Virus record (IMG/VR): IMGVR_UViG_3300025704_000001
Strand: one strand, 5' to 3'
DNA from: a virus
DNA: 61,451 nucleotides
Shown: piece by piece, positions 38,902 to 45,498 of the stretch
How the letters are laid out: each line of letters begins with the position of its first letter
Position numbering within the stretch: position 1 is the stretch's first letter
The notes under the pieces: model-generated
Seen by the model: the letters and a program-made list of their open reading frames with translations, nothing else
Told to the model about the DNA's origin: nothing
The model's database searches: none
Program-made: the position numbers and the translations under genes

Positions 38902-39008
38902 TAGTATCTTTTTTTACTTAGTCTGTTATAATGTTTGTCTAATAATAGGTTTGCGACTTCTTCGCTTATCATGTTTTCGTTGTATAGTTGCCATATTAGT
39001 TTACTCAT
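38901..39008 (-). CDS. Small hypothetical protein (35 aa from the internal ATG).
   Basis: MSKLIWQLYNEN... The ATG overlaps the ligase stop. The longer track version would overlap the ligase gene by 107 nt. Confidence 0.35.
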   Translation of the reverse strand: MSKLIWQLYNENMISEEVANLLLDKHYNRLSKKRY

Positions 39009-39828
39009 AGTTACGTAAGGTTTTATATAACGGGTGACGGTAGCTATTAGCTTTAGTACGCTCGAAATAAGTGAATGTAGCACGCTTGCCAACATAATTT
39101 TTAACATTAGCTAGTATATCGCGGCGATCTTGAAAGTTGTAGCCTTTGCCGATAGGACAGCCGAACTCAATACCGTTGTCGTCGCGCATTAAGAACTTGC
39201 CGATTAAGCCAGTGAACTTGCCTTTGCCGGGTACATAGCCTACAATTGTAGCTTCGGTGTCGTGAAAATCTTTGAACTTTTGTAAGTTGTAAGAACGTTT
39301 ACATTCGTAAACACCGTTAAGACGCAATATAGAGCCTTCGTAGCCTTCGTCAAGCCAGTTTTCGTGTATAGCATTAGCTAAGTCGCGAGTTGCAACAGAA
39401 TGCGTAGGAACATACTTAACACAATAAGAATACAATGCTGCAGTAGACAAAAATTTCATACGCTCTTCGAACATAGCTGAAGTATCAATGTAATCGTAAC
39501 AATGGAATTGAACGAGATCACACGATTCAACGCGATCGGAAGCAGTTGGTTTGGTTTTACGAACAAGTGAAATGATTTTTTCGAAATCGTTTTTTAGTTC
39601 GTGGTTGTATAATTCACCGTCTAGTATTAAGTCTGGGTGTTTGTGAAACACTGGGACTAAGCTAGATAGTATATGGTCGATGTTTAGCCACGGTTTACCT
39701 GTGCGTGAAAATGCACCGGCTTTAGAAATTACACAACGTACACCGTCAAGCTTAGGCTGCATGAATACTTTCTCGGACCAGTTAACAGGTTTTTTGTCTA
39801 CTTTGTATGCGAGCATTGGTTTTATCAT
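39001..39828 (-). CDS. ATP-dependent DNA ligase (275 aa).
   Basis: Adenylation motif I in QPKLDGVRCV (KxDG), at a compact phage-ligase size. Confidence 0.8.
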   Translation of the reverse strand: MIKPMLAYKVDKKPVNWSEKVFMQPKLDGVRCVISKAGAFSRTGKPWLNIDHILSSLVPVFHKHPDLILDGELYNHELKNDFEKIISLVRKTKPTASDRVESCDLVQFHCYDYIDTSAMFEERMKFLSTAALYSYCVKYVPTHSVATRDLANAIHENWLDEGYEGSILRLNGVYECKRSYNLQKFKDFHDTEATIVGYVPGKGKFTGLIGKFLMRDDNGIEFGCPIGKGYNFQDRRDILANVKNYVGKRATFTYFERTKANSYRHPLYKTLRNYE

Positions 39829-39843
39829 AATGTTTATATTTTA

Positions 39844-39886
39844 GTTACATTTATATTATCAATATATAATCGTGTTTTGTTTGTAA
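39844..39886 (-). promoter_or_regulatory. Class I early-region element, copy 3.
   Basis: gttacatttatattatcaatatataatcgtgttttgtttgtaa. It fills the gap between the stop at 39888 and the ATG at 39828. Confidence 0.6.
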
Positions 39887-39887
39887 G

Positions 39888-40157
39888 TTAGTCTTCGTCT
39901 AAGAATTCAGATATTTTGGTTTGTAGCTTAATAGCTAATGAATAGTCTTCATCTTTTACAGCTTGAGCTAGTTTTGTTTCAAGTGATTCAAGAGTTACTT
40001 CTTCAGTTGCTTTATTAGGCATCACTTCCCATGTACCTGATTGAATGTCGATCTGCTTAGCAAATTCTTCATCATATTCTTTTTGTTTTTTTTCCATAGC
40101 AGCGATGACAGTCTTAGCCACCGCTGTAGCTAGCTTTTCTATTTCTTTATCAGTCAT
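39888..40157 (-). CDS. Acidic hypothetical protein (89 aa).
   Basis: ORF; E/D-rich. Confidence 0.55.
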   Translation of the reverse strand: MTDKEIEKLATAVAKTVIAAMEKKQKEYDEEFAKQIDIQSGTWEVMPNKATEEVTLESLETKLAQAVKDEDYSLAIKLQTKISEFLDED

Positions 40158-40387
40158 TAAGCGAAGCTGTAGTTATATACAGGTAGCACGTATTTGTTAA
40201 TAAATTTACCTTTAGATTCAGAAATTCTTAAGCCTTCAAACACATGGTTTGGTACTTTAGTATAATTGTAACTTCTTCCGTTGGTAAAGGTTAACTTTAA
40301 GCGGTACTTATCATATTGATATTCAGCTGTTGAGATTGCGGTAGAGTTAACATCTACAGATTGCATTGGTAATACTAATTTGTTCAT
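40157..40387 (-). CDS. KTSC-domain-like protein (76 aa).
   Basis: The pattern STAISTAEYQYDKYRLKLTFTNGRSYNYTKVPNHVFEGL...SKGKFIN matches the KTSC domain consensus (recalled from memory). Confidence 0.5.
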   Translation of the reverse strand: MNKLVLPMQSVDVNSTAISTAEYQYDKYRLKLTFTNGRSYNYTKVPNHVFEGLRISESKGKFINKYVLPVYNYSFA

Positions 40388-40404
40388 AAGTTTAATTTGT
40401 TTTA

Positions 40405-40445
40405 GTTATTATTATTATCGATTGTTGTTCGTGTTTATTTTGTAA
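40405..40445 (-). promoter_or_regulatory. Class I early-region element, copy 4.
   Basis: gttattattattatcgattgttgttcgtgtttattttgtaa, 18 nt upstream of the ATG at 40387. Confidence 0.55.
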
Positions 40446-40447
40446 GA

Positions 40448-41053
40448 TTAATGGAATACTAATCCTACTTTGTGATTTTTACTAAACCATCTCGTTGCCA
40501 TTAAGTCAATCTCAGAAGAATCCACATAGTCAGCAGAAACAAGATCGCTGTGGCTAGAAAATATTCTGGTGTGTCGGTGTTTTCTTTCATTTATTAATTC
40601 TTTTTGTTTACCGGAGTCACTAAATATTATGTCATAGTTACTAGGCAAAGGTACACTTAAAAACATTTTGATCATGTTGGTATAACTGTAAAACCGCACG
40701 TTTGGGTTGGCTTTTGCAACCTCAATCCACTTATTTAGATATGCGCGAGAATAATAATCGCCACTATCATGGACTCTTACGTAGTCAGGTTTCTTCTTAC
40801 GTATTTCAGTGTTCATAGCTTCTACAAAATCATCTGTTTTGCTTAGCTCATAACGCTTTTCAAACGCCGGTTTTACATTAGACCAGATGTAGGCTCCTTT
40901 CTTGGCGTAACAGAACTTTACACATTCGTCAGCCATAGGACATGTTAACTTACCACTTGCAGATTTATATGCAGGTATGCCAAAGTTAAACACACGAAGC
41001 CCTAATACTTTAGATGTCTTCTTTAATTTAGTATTTTGAGTTAGTAAATTCAT
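40448..41053 (-). CDS. Hypothetical protein (201 aa) with the Cys motif CPMADECVKFCYA.
   Basis: CxxxxCxxxCYA plus VHDSGDYYS. It resembles the Gp88-type phage family (uncertain recollection). Confidence 0.55.
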   Translation of the reverse strand: MNLLTQNTKLKKTSKVLGLRVFNFGIPAYKSASGKLTCPMADECVKFCYAKKGAYIWSNVKPAFEKRYELSKTDDFVEAMNTEIRKKKPDYVRVHDSGDYYSRAYLNKWIEVAKANPNVRFYSYTNMIKMFLSVPLPSNYDIIFSDSGKQKELINERKHRHTRIFSSHSDLVSADYVDSSEIDLMATRWFSKNHKVGLVFH

Positions 41054-41054
41054 A

Positions 41055-41345
41055 TTAGTCTAATAATATCATATAAGCCTCGCTGTTATGCGTGCGAAAC
41101 CAAGTTAACGCTTTTTGAAAGTCACTTATTTGCTTTTCTGTTACTGCTTTTGGAGCCATTTCGAAAACATACTGCGATCCCATTATAAAATCGTATATAG
41201 ATAGCTCTAAGCCATTAAGTGTATAACATTCGCCGGTAAAACTGTTGGTAACTCTTTCACCTTCGTCGTAAATCATTCCTTTAAACCATTTAGGCACTAC
41301 TTGTTCTTTAGTCTTCATCTTCTTCGATATTAAATAATTCTTCAA
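41055..41345 (-). CDS. Hypothetical protein (96 aa; the start may be the internal ATG at 41318).
   Basis: ORF that overlaps the upstream gene end. Confidence 0.5.
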   Translation of the reverse strand: MKNYLISKKMKTKEQVVPKWFKGMIYDEGERVTNSFTGECYTLNGLELSIYDFIMGSQYVFEMAPKAVTEKQISDFQKALTWFRTHNSEAYMILLD

Positions 41346-41661
41346 TTTCTACAGATAATTGCTCAGCGATCTCGTCTACATTGTTGAATTCGATGTTGCT
41401 TAATTCAAGTTGGTTGTTGTAGTTTATTTCAAAATCGTAATCATAATCACTACCGTTATTGAAATCGTAATTGTCGAGTATATGTTGTATAACCTCTCGT
41501 ATTTCGTTTACTGTTTCTTTAGTGATAACAGGTTTGTTAACATTCGCTAACTCTCGTTGCGCAATATTTAGATCGTCTTTTAAGTTTTGAGCGTTTGCTT
41601 CCACCGCGTTTAAGGTTAATTCTAGATCGTTTACTTTTACTTCTAATTCGTGTTTTGTCAT
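41308..41661 (-). CDS. Strongly acidic hypothetical protein (117 aa).
   Basis: N-terminal coiled coil and a D/E/N-rich C-terminus ending in EEDED. Confidence 0.55.
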   Translation of the reverse strand: MTKHELEVKVNDLELTLNAVEANAQNLKDDLNIAQRELANVNKPVITKETVNEIREVIQHILDNYDFNNGSDYDYDFEINYNNQLELSNIEFNNVDEIAEQLSVEIEELFNIEEDED

Positions 41662-41665
41662 ATTA

Positions 41666-41899
41666 TTATATTTTATTTGATTTTTCTATTAATTCAGCAA
41701 TATACTGCCATACTTTTAATTCTGTTTTGTTACCTTCGGCGATTAATGTAGCTTGCTCAAGAGTTATATCAGCACCGTAATTTTTTGTTTCAAGATTGTG
41801 TTCGTCTTGTTGTATTATTATTTGACACATCTCTACTTTAGCGAAAGCTTTGTTGCTAGCTCGCTGGTGTATAGCATTAATCTTCGAATGCATCGCCAA
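41666..41899 (-). CDS. Hypothetical protein (77 aa).
   Basis: ORF in the early operon. Confidence 0.5.
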   Translation of the reverse strand: MAMHSKINAIHQRASNKAFAKVEMCQIIIQQDEHNLETKNYGADITLEQATLIAEGNKTELKVWQYIAELIEKSNKI

Positions 41900-42080
41900 A
41901 AAAATTAAGATCGCAAGTTGAGACTACATCGAAAGCAATACCGTATTTGACTTCAGTAAAAAATTCTTCGTAAGATAGTACTCTTACTATTTCATGATGC
42001 AAGTGAGGCATATTAGAATAGCGATTTGCTAATTTTTGTTTGTGCTCTGGTTTAAGGCGTTCGTAAAGTGATAGTCTCAT
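41877..42080 (-). CDS. Hypothetical protein (67 aa).
   Basis: First ORF after class I copy 5. Confidence 0.5.
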   Translation of the reverse strand: MRLSLYERLKPEHKQKLANRYSNMPHLHHEIVRVLSYEEFFTEVKYGIAFDVVSTCDLNFFGDAFED

Positions 42081-42102
42081 ATTATTATTATTGTTTTTAT
42101 TT

Positions 42103-42145
42103 GTTACATTTATATTATCGATCGGCGATCGTGTTTTGTTTGTAA
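42103..42145 (-). promoter_or_regulatory. Class I early-region element, copy 5.
   Basis: gttacatttatattatcgatcggcgatcgtgttttgtttgtaa. It overlaps the last 10 codons of ORF 42115..42381. Confidence 0.6.
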
Positions 42146-42381
42146 TCCTCGTTATACGCTGTAGCTAGCTCTATATATTCTACTTCAGCTAAAAATGCTC
42201 TCGCATAATCTTCTATTAAGTAAGGTGTATTGCAAGTGTTAGGGTTTCTAAACACGCAATCTTCAACTATTTCTTTTAATTCGCTTGGTTGAACTACATA
42301 GTCAAACTCTATATCGCCAAGTATATCTACGTTAATTCTCCACGTAGCATAGTTACTCCAGCCATTGTATTTTTTACTCAT
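42115..42381 (-). CDS. Hypothetical protein (88 aa).
   Basis: ORF whose C-terminus ...DYKQNTIADR is encoded by the class I element itself. Confidence 0.55.
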   Translation of the reverse strand: MSKKYNGWSNYATWRINVDILGDIEFDYVVQPSELKEIVEDCVFRNPNTCNTPYLIEDYARAFLAEVEYIELATAYNEDYKQNTIADR

Positions 42382-42388
42382 AATAATT

Positions 42389-42700
42389 TTATTTTAAGGT
42401 TGTTTGATCATGGTATGCTTCTTGAAATTCATAAGTAATATCTTGCTCAAACTTCTTGAAAGAGTCTACGCCGTATAGTTTTTCGTATAGTTCTTTGAAG
42501 CCTTGGTATTTACAATACTGATCGTTTATATAGTATGCTATTTCGACATCGCTTATTTCGTGATCATAAGCTTTTTTACGCTCGTTGTATATAGCGTGAC
42601 TCCACACGGTTGCATTTACTTTGAATAAACCTAAGTCTTTAGTTAATCCAGTGCTTAAACTGTAACTTTTGTCCTCGAATGTTTTAGTTATTTTACTCAT
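42389..42700 (-). CDS. Hypothetical protein (103 aa).
   Basis: ORF immediately downstream of the tRNA-like locus. Confidence 0.55.
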   Translation of the reverse strand: MSKITKTFEDKSYSLSTGLTKDLGLFKVNATVWSHAIYNERKKAYDHEISDVEIAYYINDQYCKYQGFKELYEKLYGVDSFKKFEQDITYEFQEAYHDQTTLK

Positions 42701-42719
42701 AATATTTATTTTAAATTAG

Positions 42720-42797
42720 TGGAGGTGGAGAGATTCGAACTCTCTTCCGCGATAGTTCCATATAGGCTTTCTATCACGTCAATACCAGGTCACCCCA
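42720..42797 (-). ncRNA. tRNA-like RNA 1 (78 nt). It has a canonical T-arm and acceptor stem but no D-stem and no standard anticodon arm, so it is tmRNA-TLD-like.
   Basis: RNA sense: (U)GGGGUG-ACCUGGUAUUGACG-UGAUAG[15-nt loop]CUAUCG-CGGAA-GAGAG/UUCGAAU/CUCUC-CACCUCC-A. There is a G3:U70 wobble and A73. The locus is a local GC-rich island with no credible ORF. Confidence 0.45.
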
Positions 42798-42880
42798 AAA
42801 CGGTTATCTTCGTCACTTTGACGGTCGGACTTCCACCGTGCCAGCGATTAATTACTTCGCCGCTCGTGATACCGTATTTT

Positions 42881-42989
42881 GTAACTAGTGAGGATTCGAA
42901 CCTCATACCCGTCGGTAGCGTTGCTTTGGGTCTCTGGCTTTGAAGAGTATTCAAAGGTGCTTGTACCACTAGCGCTCCATGCCTAGTCA
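42881..42989 (-). ncRNA. tRNA-like RNA 2 (about 109 nt), noncanonical.
   Basis: T-arm UGAGG/UUCGAAU/CCUCA. The 3' strand CUAGUUA pairs with the 5' strand UGACUAG. There is an internal hairpin UUUGA-AUACUCU-UCAAA and a D-loop-like GCUAGUGGUACAAGC. Extra nucleotides prevent a standard cloverleaf. Confidence 0.4.
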
Positions 42990-42996
42990 TTGTTGT

Positions 42997-43182
42997 TTAC
43001 TTATTTAGCTGATCGTACATTTTTGACACAGCAAGCGCCATTACTTCAGAGTGTATAGCATTATACTCGTCGCCATTTTGGTCAAAGTCCTCTAATTGCC
43101 AATCAATACTGTCATTCATTAATTCCAGAGTGACGTCCGCAATACCGCTTGCGATCTCGTCAATTTGCTTAGTTACACTCAT
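42997..43182 (-). CDS. Acidic hypothetical protein (61 aa).
   Basis: ORF just upstream of the tRNA-like locus. Confidence 0.5.
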   Translation of the reverse strand: MSVTKQIDEIASGIADVTLELMNDSIDWQLEDFDQNGDEYNAIHSEVMALAVSKMYDQLNK

Positions 43183-43184
43183 AG

Positions 43185-43361
43185 TTACGCTGGTATATAA
43201 GTTAAACCTTTATAATTAAACCACTCTGTGATACCGTCTTTGTCTTCGTTGGCATCATATTCGAATGCGAACAGTGAAGGCAAGTTGCCTATTAAGTATG
43301 GTTTGTAAACTTTGTTGTCTAGTAAGATGTTTTTACTTTTTAGGAATTTTATATGTTTCAT
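43185..43361 (-). CDS. Hypothetical protein (58 aa from ATG 43361).
   Basis: The track start at 43382 is a TTG inside class I copy 6. The first ATG is at 43361 (MKHIKFLK...). Confidence 0.5.
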   Translation of the reverse strand: MKHIKFLKSKNILLDNKVYKPYLIGNLPSLFAFEYDANEDKDGITEWFNYKGLTYIPA

Positions 43362-43377
43362 AGTTATATATTTTAGA

Positions 43378-43418
43378 TTCAATTATATTATCGATTGATG
43401 ATCGTATTTTTTTTGTAA
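43378..43418 (-). promoter_or_regulatory. Class I early-region element, copy 6.
   Basis: ttcaattatattatcgattgatgatcgtattttttttgtaa, 17 nt upstream of the ATG at 43361. Confidence 0.55.
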
Positions 43419-43514
43419 ATGTTTTACTTTCCTAGAATACTTTTTCTTATTCTTTTCAACGCTAGGTCTCGTTGCTTCCCAAACTTCTTGTTTAGTTATT
43501 ACTATCCTTTTCAC
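43383..43514 (-). CDS. Possible small basic ORF (43 aa, GTG start).
   Basis: Hand-read VKRIVITKQEVWE...KKYDHQSII. It ends inside class I copy 6. It has a non-ATG start, so it is tentative. Confidence 0.25.
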   Translation of the reverse strand: MKRIVITKQEVWEATRPSVEKNKKKYSRKVKHLQKKYDHQSII

Positions 43515-43515
43515 G

Positions 43516-43776
43516 CTAATCTAGTTTATACTCGTCAATCTCATAAGTGCTAGCGATAGCTTTTTTAGTTAACTCTTCAGCGTCTAGTAATGCTTGTCTA
43601 TTATCTAGGTAAAAACTGATCTTCACTTTCATTTCATCTTCATTTCTTGTACCGAAAGAAGTAGTTGACAATCCACTTAGTAATCTATCGTCACTACATT
43701 GGTAGCCACTTGCTAGCGTGTTGTCATAAGTTCTCCACTCTCTGTATTCGTAGGTTATTCCTTTGTAGTTTTTCAT
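43516..43776 (-). CDS. Hypothetical protein (86 aa).
   Basis: First ORF after class I copy 7. Confidence 0.55.
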   Translation of the reverse strand: MKNYKGITYEYREWRTYDNTLASGYQCSDDRLLSGLSTTSFGTRNEDEMKVKISFYLDNRQALLDAEELTKKAIASTYEIDEYKLD

Positions 43777-43797
43777 TATATTATTGTTTTGTTATTA

Positions 43798-43840
43798 GAT
43801 TCATTTATATTATCGATCGGCAATCGTATTTGTTTTGTAT
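43798..43840 (-). promoter_or_regulatory. Class I early-region element, copy 7.
   Basis: gattcatttatattatcgatcggcaatcgtatttgttttgtat. Its distal box abuts the stop of 43840..44076. Confidence 0.55.
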
Positions 43841-44076
43841 TACCAATCGAACTTAATCTTGTACACTGATTCTAGATCATTGTGACGCCATAGATCGGTG
43901 TGTGCATGTTTTCTACCACGACTCCCCGCTCCTTTTACTTTCACCTTAATACTTTTGTATTGTTTTTCCGTTACTCCACTACAAGATCCGTTGATCGCAA
44001 CAACATTGTTACGGTGTATAGCATTCGCTTTCTTCTGGTTTTTAACGTACTCACACGCTTCTTTCATTGTCATCAT
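43840..44076 (-). CDS. Basic hypothetical protein (78 aa).
   Basis: ORF whose ATG overlaps the upstream stop (ATGA). Confidence 0.55.
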   Translation of the reverse strand: MMTMKEACEYVKNQKKANAIHRNNVVAINGSCSGVTEKQYKSIKVKVKGAGSRGRKHAHTDLWRHNDLESVYKIKFDW

Positions 44077-44249
44077 AGTATTCGTTTTAATTGTTCTTTA
44101 ATTGCTAGTACATCCTCGTCAGTTACTTCAACCTCTTCGTCGCTTTCCCGATCAAATATAATATCGTACATTGCGTCATGAAAATGGTTACCCACTATTT
44201 CATCTAAGAGATTAGCGATATCTTTAATTTCTTCCCACGTTAAATTCAT
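44073..44249 (-). CDS. Acidic hypothetical protein (58 aa).
   Basis: Hand-read MNLTWEEIKDIANLLDEIVG...; below the track cutoff. Confidence 0.45.
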   Translation of the reverse strand: MNLTWEEIKDIANLLDEIVGNHFHDAMYDIIFDRESDEEVEVTDEDVLAIKEQLKRIL

Positions 44250-44255
44250 AATTAT

Positions 44256-44408
44256 TTATTTATTTAATTTATTTCTTAAATCCCATAATCTATAGTATTT
44301 TCTTCTTACTTCAAGATCTCGATCGTCTTGGTATTCGTCGTTTAGTTGTTCCATTAGTGTCTCGCACGCTAAGGTAAGATAACTTATTTCTTGTTTATCA
44401 AAGTTCAT
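44256..44408 (-). CDS. Small hypothetical protein (50 aa).
   Basis: Hand-read MNFDKQEISYLTLACETLMEQLNDEY... The ATG lies 17 nt downstream of class I copy 8. Confidence 0.45.
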   Translation of the reverse strand: MNFDKQEISYLTLACETLMEQLNDEYQDDRDLEVRRKYYRLWDLRNKLNK

Positions 44409-44422
44409 ACAGTATTTATTTA

Positions 44423-44584
44423 TTATTCAATTATATTATCGATGGCGGTTCGTATCAATTTTGTATTTATTTTTTTATTTACTCCGGCAATTTCCTCAAA
44501 TTCCGCACTAGTTATCTTACCCTCTAAGAGTAGTATGTAATCTCTCGTCACATCTCGTCTAGTTATACTGTTTATTACTCTCAT
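44423..44584 (-). CDS. Small hypothetical protein (53 aa).
   Basis: Hand-read MRVINSITRRDVTRDYILLLEGKITSAEFEEIAG...IDNIIE. The ATG overlaps the upstream stop (TAATG). Confidence 0.4.
   Translation of the reverse strand: MRVINSITRRDVTRDYILLLEGKITSAEFEEIAGVNKKINTKLIRTAIDNIIE
44426..44465 (-). promoter_or_regulatory. Class I early-region element, copy 8.
   Basis: ttcaattatattatcgatggcggttcgtatcaattttgta, embedded in the 3' end of ORF 44423..44584. Confidence 0.55.
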
Positions 44585-44841
44585 TACTTACAATTGTTTT
44601 CATTGAAGTTTATAAGGTGTTTAATACGATCAACGTGATTTGGTATTAATACTCTTTCAACTCTTGAATAAGGTTGTGGTATATCTTCAAACTTTTGTTT
44701 GTTTATTTGATATAATCTAGAGTGAGAATACTTTGTTGATACTCTAACATACCCACTTTGGTAAGTTACACCTAATCGTCCGTCACTTAGTTTAAAATGT
44801 AGTGATCCACCTTTAGTTACTTTTAGTAATTCCATATTCAT
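44584..44841 (-). CDS. Hypothetical protein (85 aa).
   Basis: ORF in the early operon. Confidence 0.55.
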   Translation of the reverse strand: MNMELLKVTKGGSLHFKLSDGRLGVTYQSGYVRVSTKYSHSRLYQINKQKFEDIPQPYSRVERVLIPNHVDRIKHLINFNENNCK

Positions 44842-44854
44842 TTAGTTTTATTGG

Positions 44855-44965
44855 TTAATATCTTTTCACTGCATGGATAGCACGAGCACATTCTTTAAGT
44901 TCGTTTAGAACTAATATTGCAAAGTGATTAAATTTTCGTCTAGTAGTAGTTAATTTTAATTTCAT
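44855..44965 (-). CDS. Small basic hypothetical protein (36 aa).
   Basis: Hand-read MKLKLTTTRRKFNHFAILVLNELKECARAIHAVKRY. The ATG lies 17 nt from class I copy 9. Confidence 0.35.
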   Translation of the reverse strand: MKLKLTTTRRKFNHFAILVLNELKECARAIHAVKRY

Positions 44966-44982
44966 AGTTATTATATTTTTTA

Positions 44983-45022
44983 TTCATTTATATTATCGAA
45001 ATAGTTTCGTGTTAATTTTGTA
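44983..45022 (-). promoter_or_regulatory. Class I early-region element, copy 9.
   Basis: ttcatttatattatcgaaatagtttcgtgttaattttgta, abutting the stop codon at 45023. Confidence 0.55.
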
Positions 45023-45178
45023 TTAAATCGTTTCCCAAAATAAATCTCTTTGTTCGTCATTTAAACCGATCAAATTGTCTTGACCAAATAGACTTTGACA
45101 AATCTTAGTTCTTCGTTTTGATTCATTAAATGCGTTAGTCACTTCGTCCCACGCTTCGTTGTTAGTTAAATATCTCAT
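45023..45178 (-). CDS. Small hypothetical protein (51 aa).
   Basis: Hand-read MRYLTNNEAWDEVTNAFNESKRRTKICQSLFGQDNLIGLNDEQRDLFWETI. Confidence 0.45.
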   Translation of the reverse strand: MRYLTNNEAWDEVTNAFNESKRRTKICQSLFGQDNLIGLNDEQRDLFWETI

Positions 45179-45215
45179 TTTATTATAGTTTTTAGTTAGT
45201 TATATATTTGTTTTT

Positions 45216-45258
45216 GTTACATTTATATTATCGAAGATACATCGTATTTATCTTGTAA
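45216..45258 (-). promoter_or_regulatory. Class I early-region element, copy 10.
   Basis: gttacatttatattatcgaagatacatcgtatttatcttgtaa, 37 nt upstream of the ATG at 45178. Confidence 0.6.
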
Positions 45259-45403
45259 AAAGTATATTGTTTATTAAGTAGTAAAAAAAGTATGGTAGGT
45301 ATTACTCTAAGTCTAAGTGTGTACAATTAAATTTATTGTAGGATGGAGTCTACTCTTCCGGGTAGATTTGATCTACTCAGGCCAATTTTACTTAAAAAAA
45401 AGT

Positions 45404-45448
45404 GTGACGTTAGCTAGTTATATAATTATAGTAGTAGGCTATTGTCAC
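45404..45448. promoter_or_regulatory. Class II conserved element, copy b (GTGAC-N35-GTCAC).
   Basis: gtgacgttagctagttatataattatagtagtaggctattgtcac is about 80% identical to copy c at 46657-46700. It lies in an ORF-free gap. Confidence 0.5.
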
Positions 45449-45463
45449 CTTTTTGGAAAGACC

Positions 45464-45483
45464 CGAGATTGAGGCGAATCTCG
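45464..45483 (-). terminator. Hairpin just 3' of gene 45499..45828 (weak terminator candidate).
   Basis: cgagat-tgaggcga-atctcg, 16 nt after the stop. The following T-tract is poor. Confidence 0.3.
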
Positions 45484-45498
45484 TTACATCGCCCTAGA

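Noticed and set aside
42719-42990. ORF-track entries 42719..42943 (+, 74 aa) and 42790..42990 (-, 66 aa).
   Set aside because: They lie exactly on the GC-rich tRNA-like locus and overlap each other on opposite strands. They contain the T-arm sequences. RNA genes explain the region better.
44256-44584. Apparent single-base frame breaks in two adjacent small early genes.
   Set aside because: This was my own transcription slip of one base when reading the lines. On re-reading, both ORFs (44256..44408 and 44423..44584) are intact.
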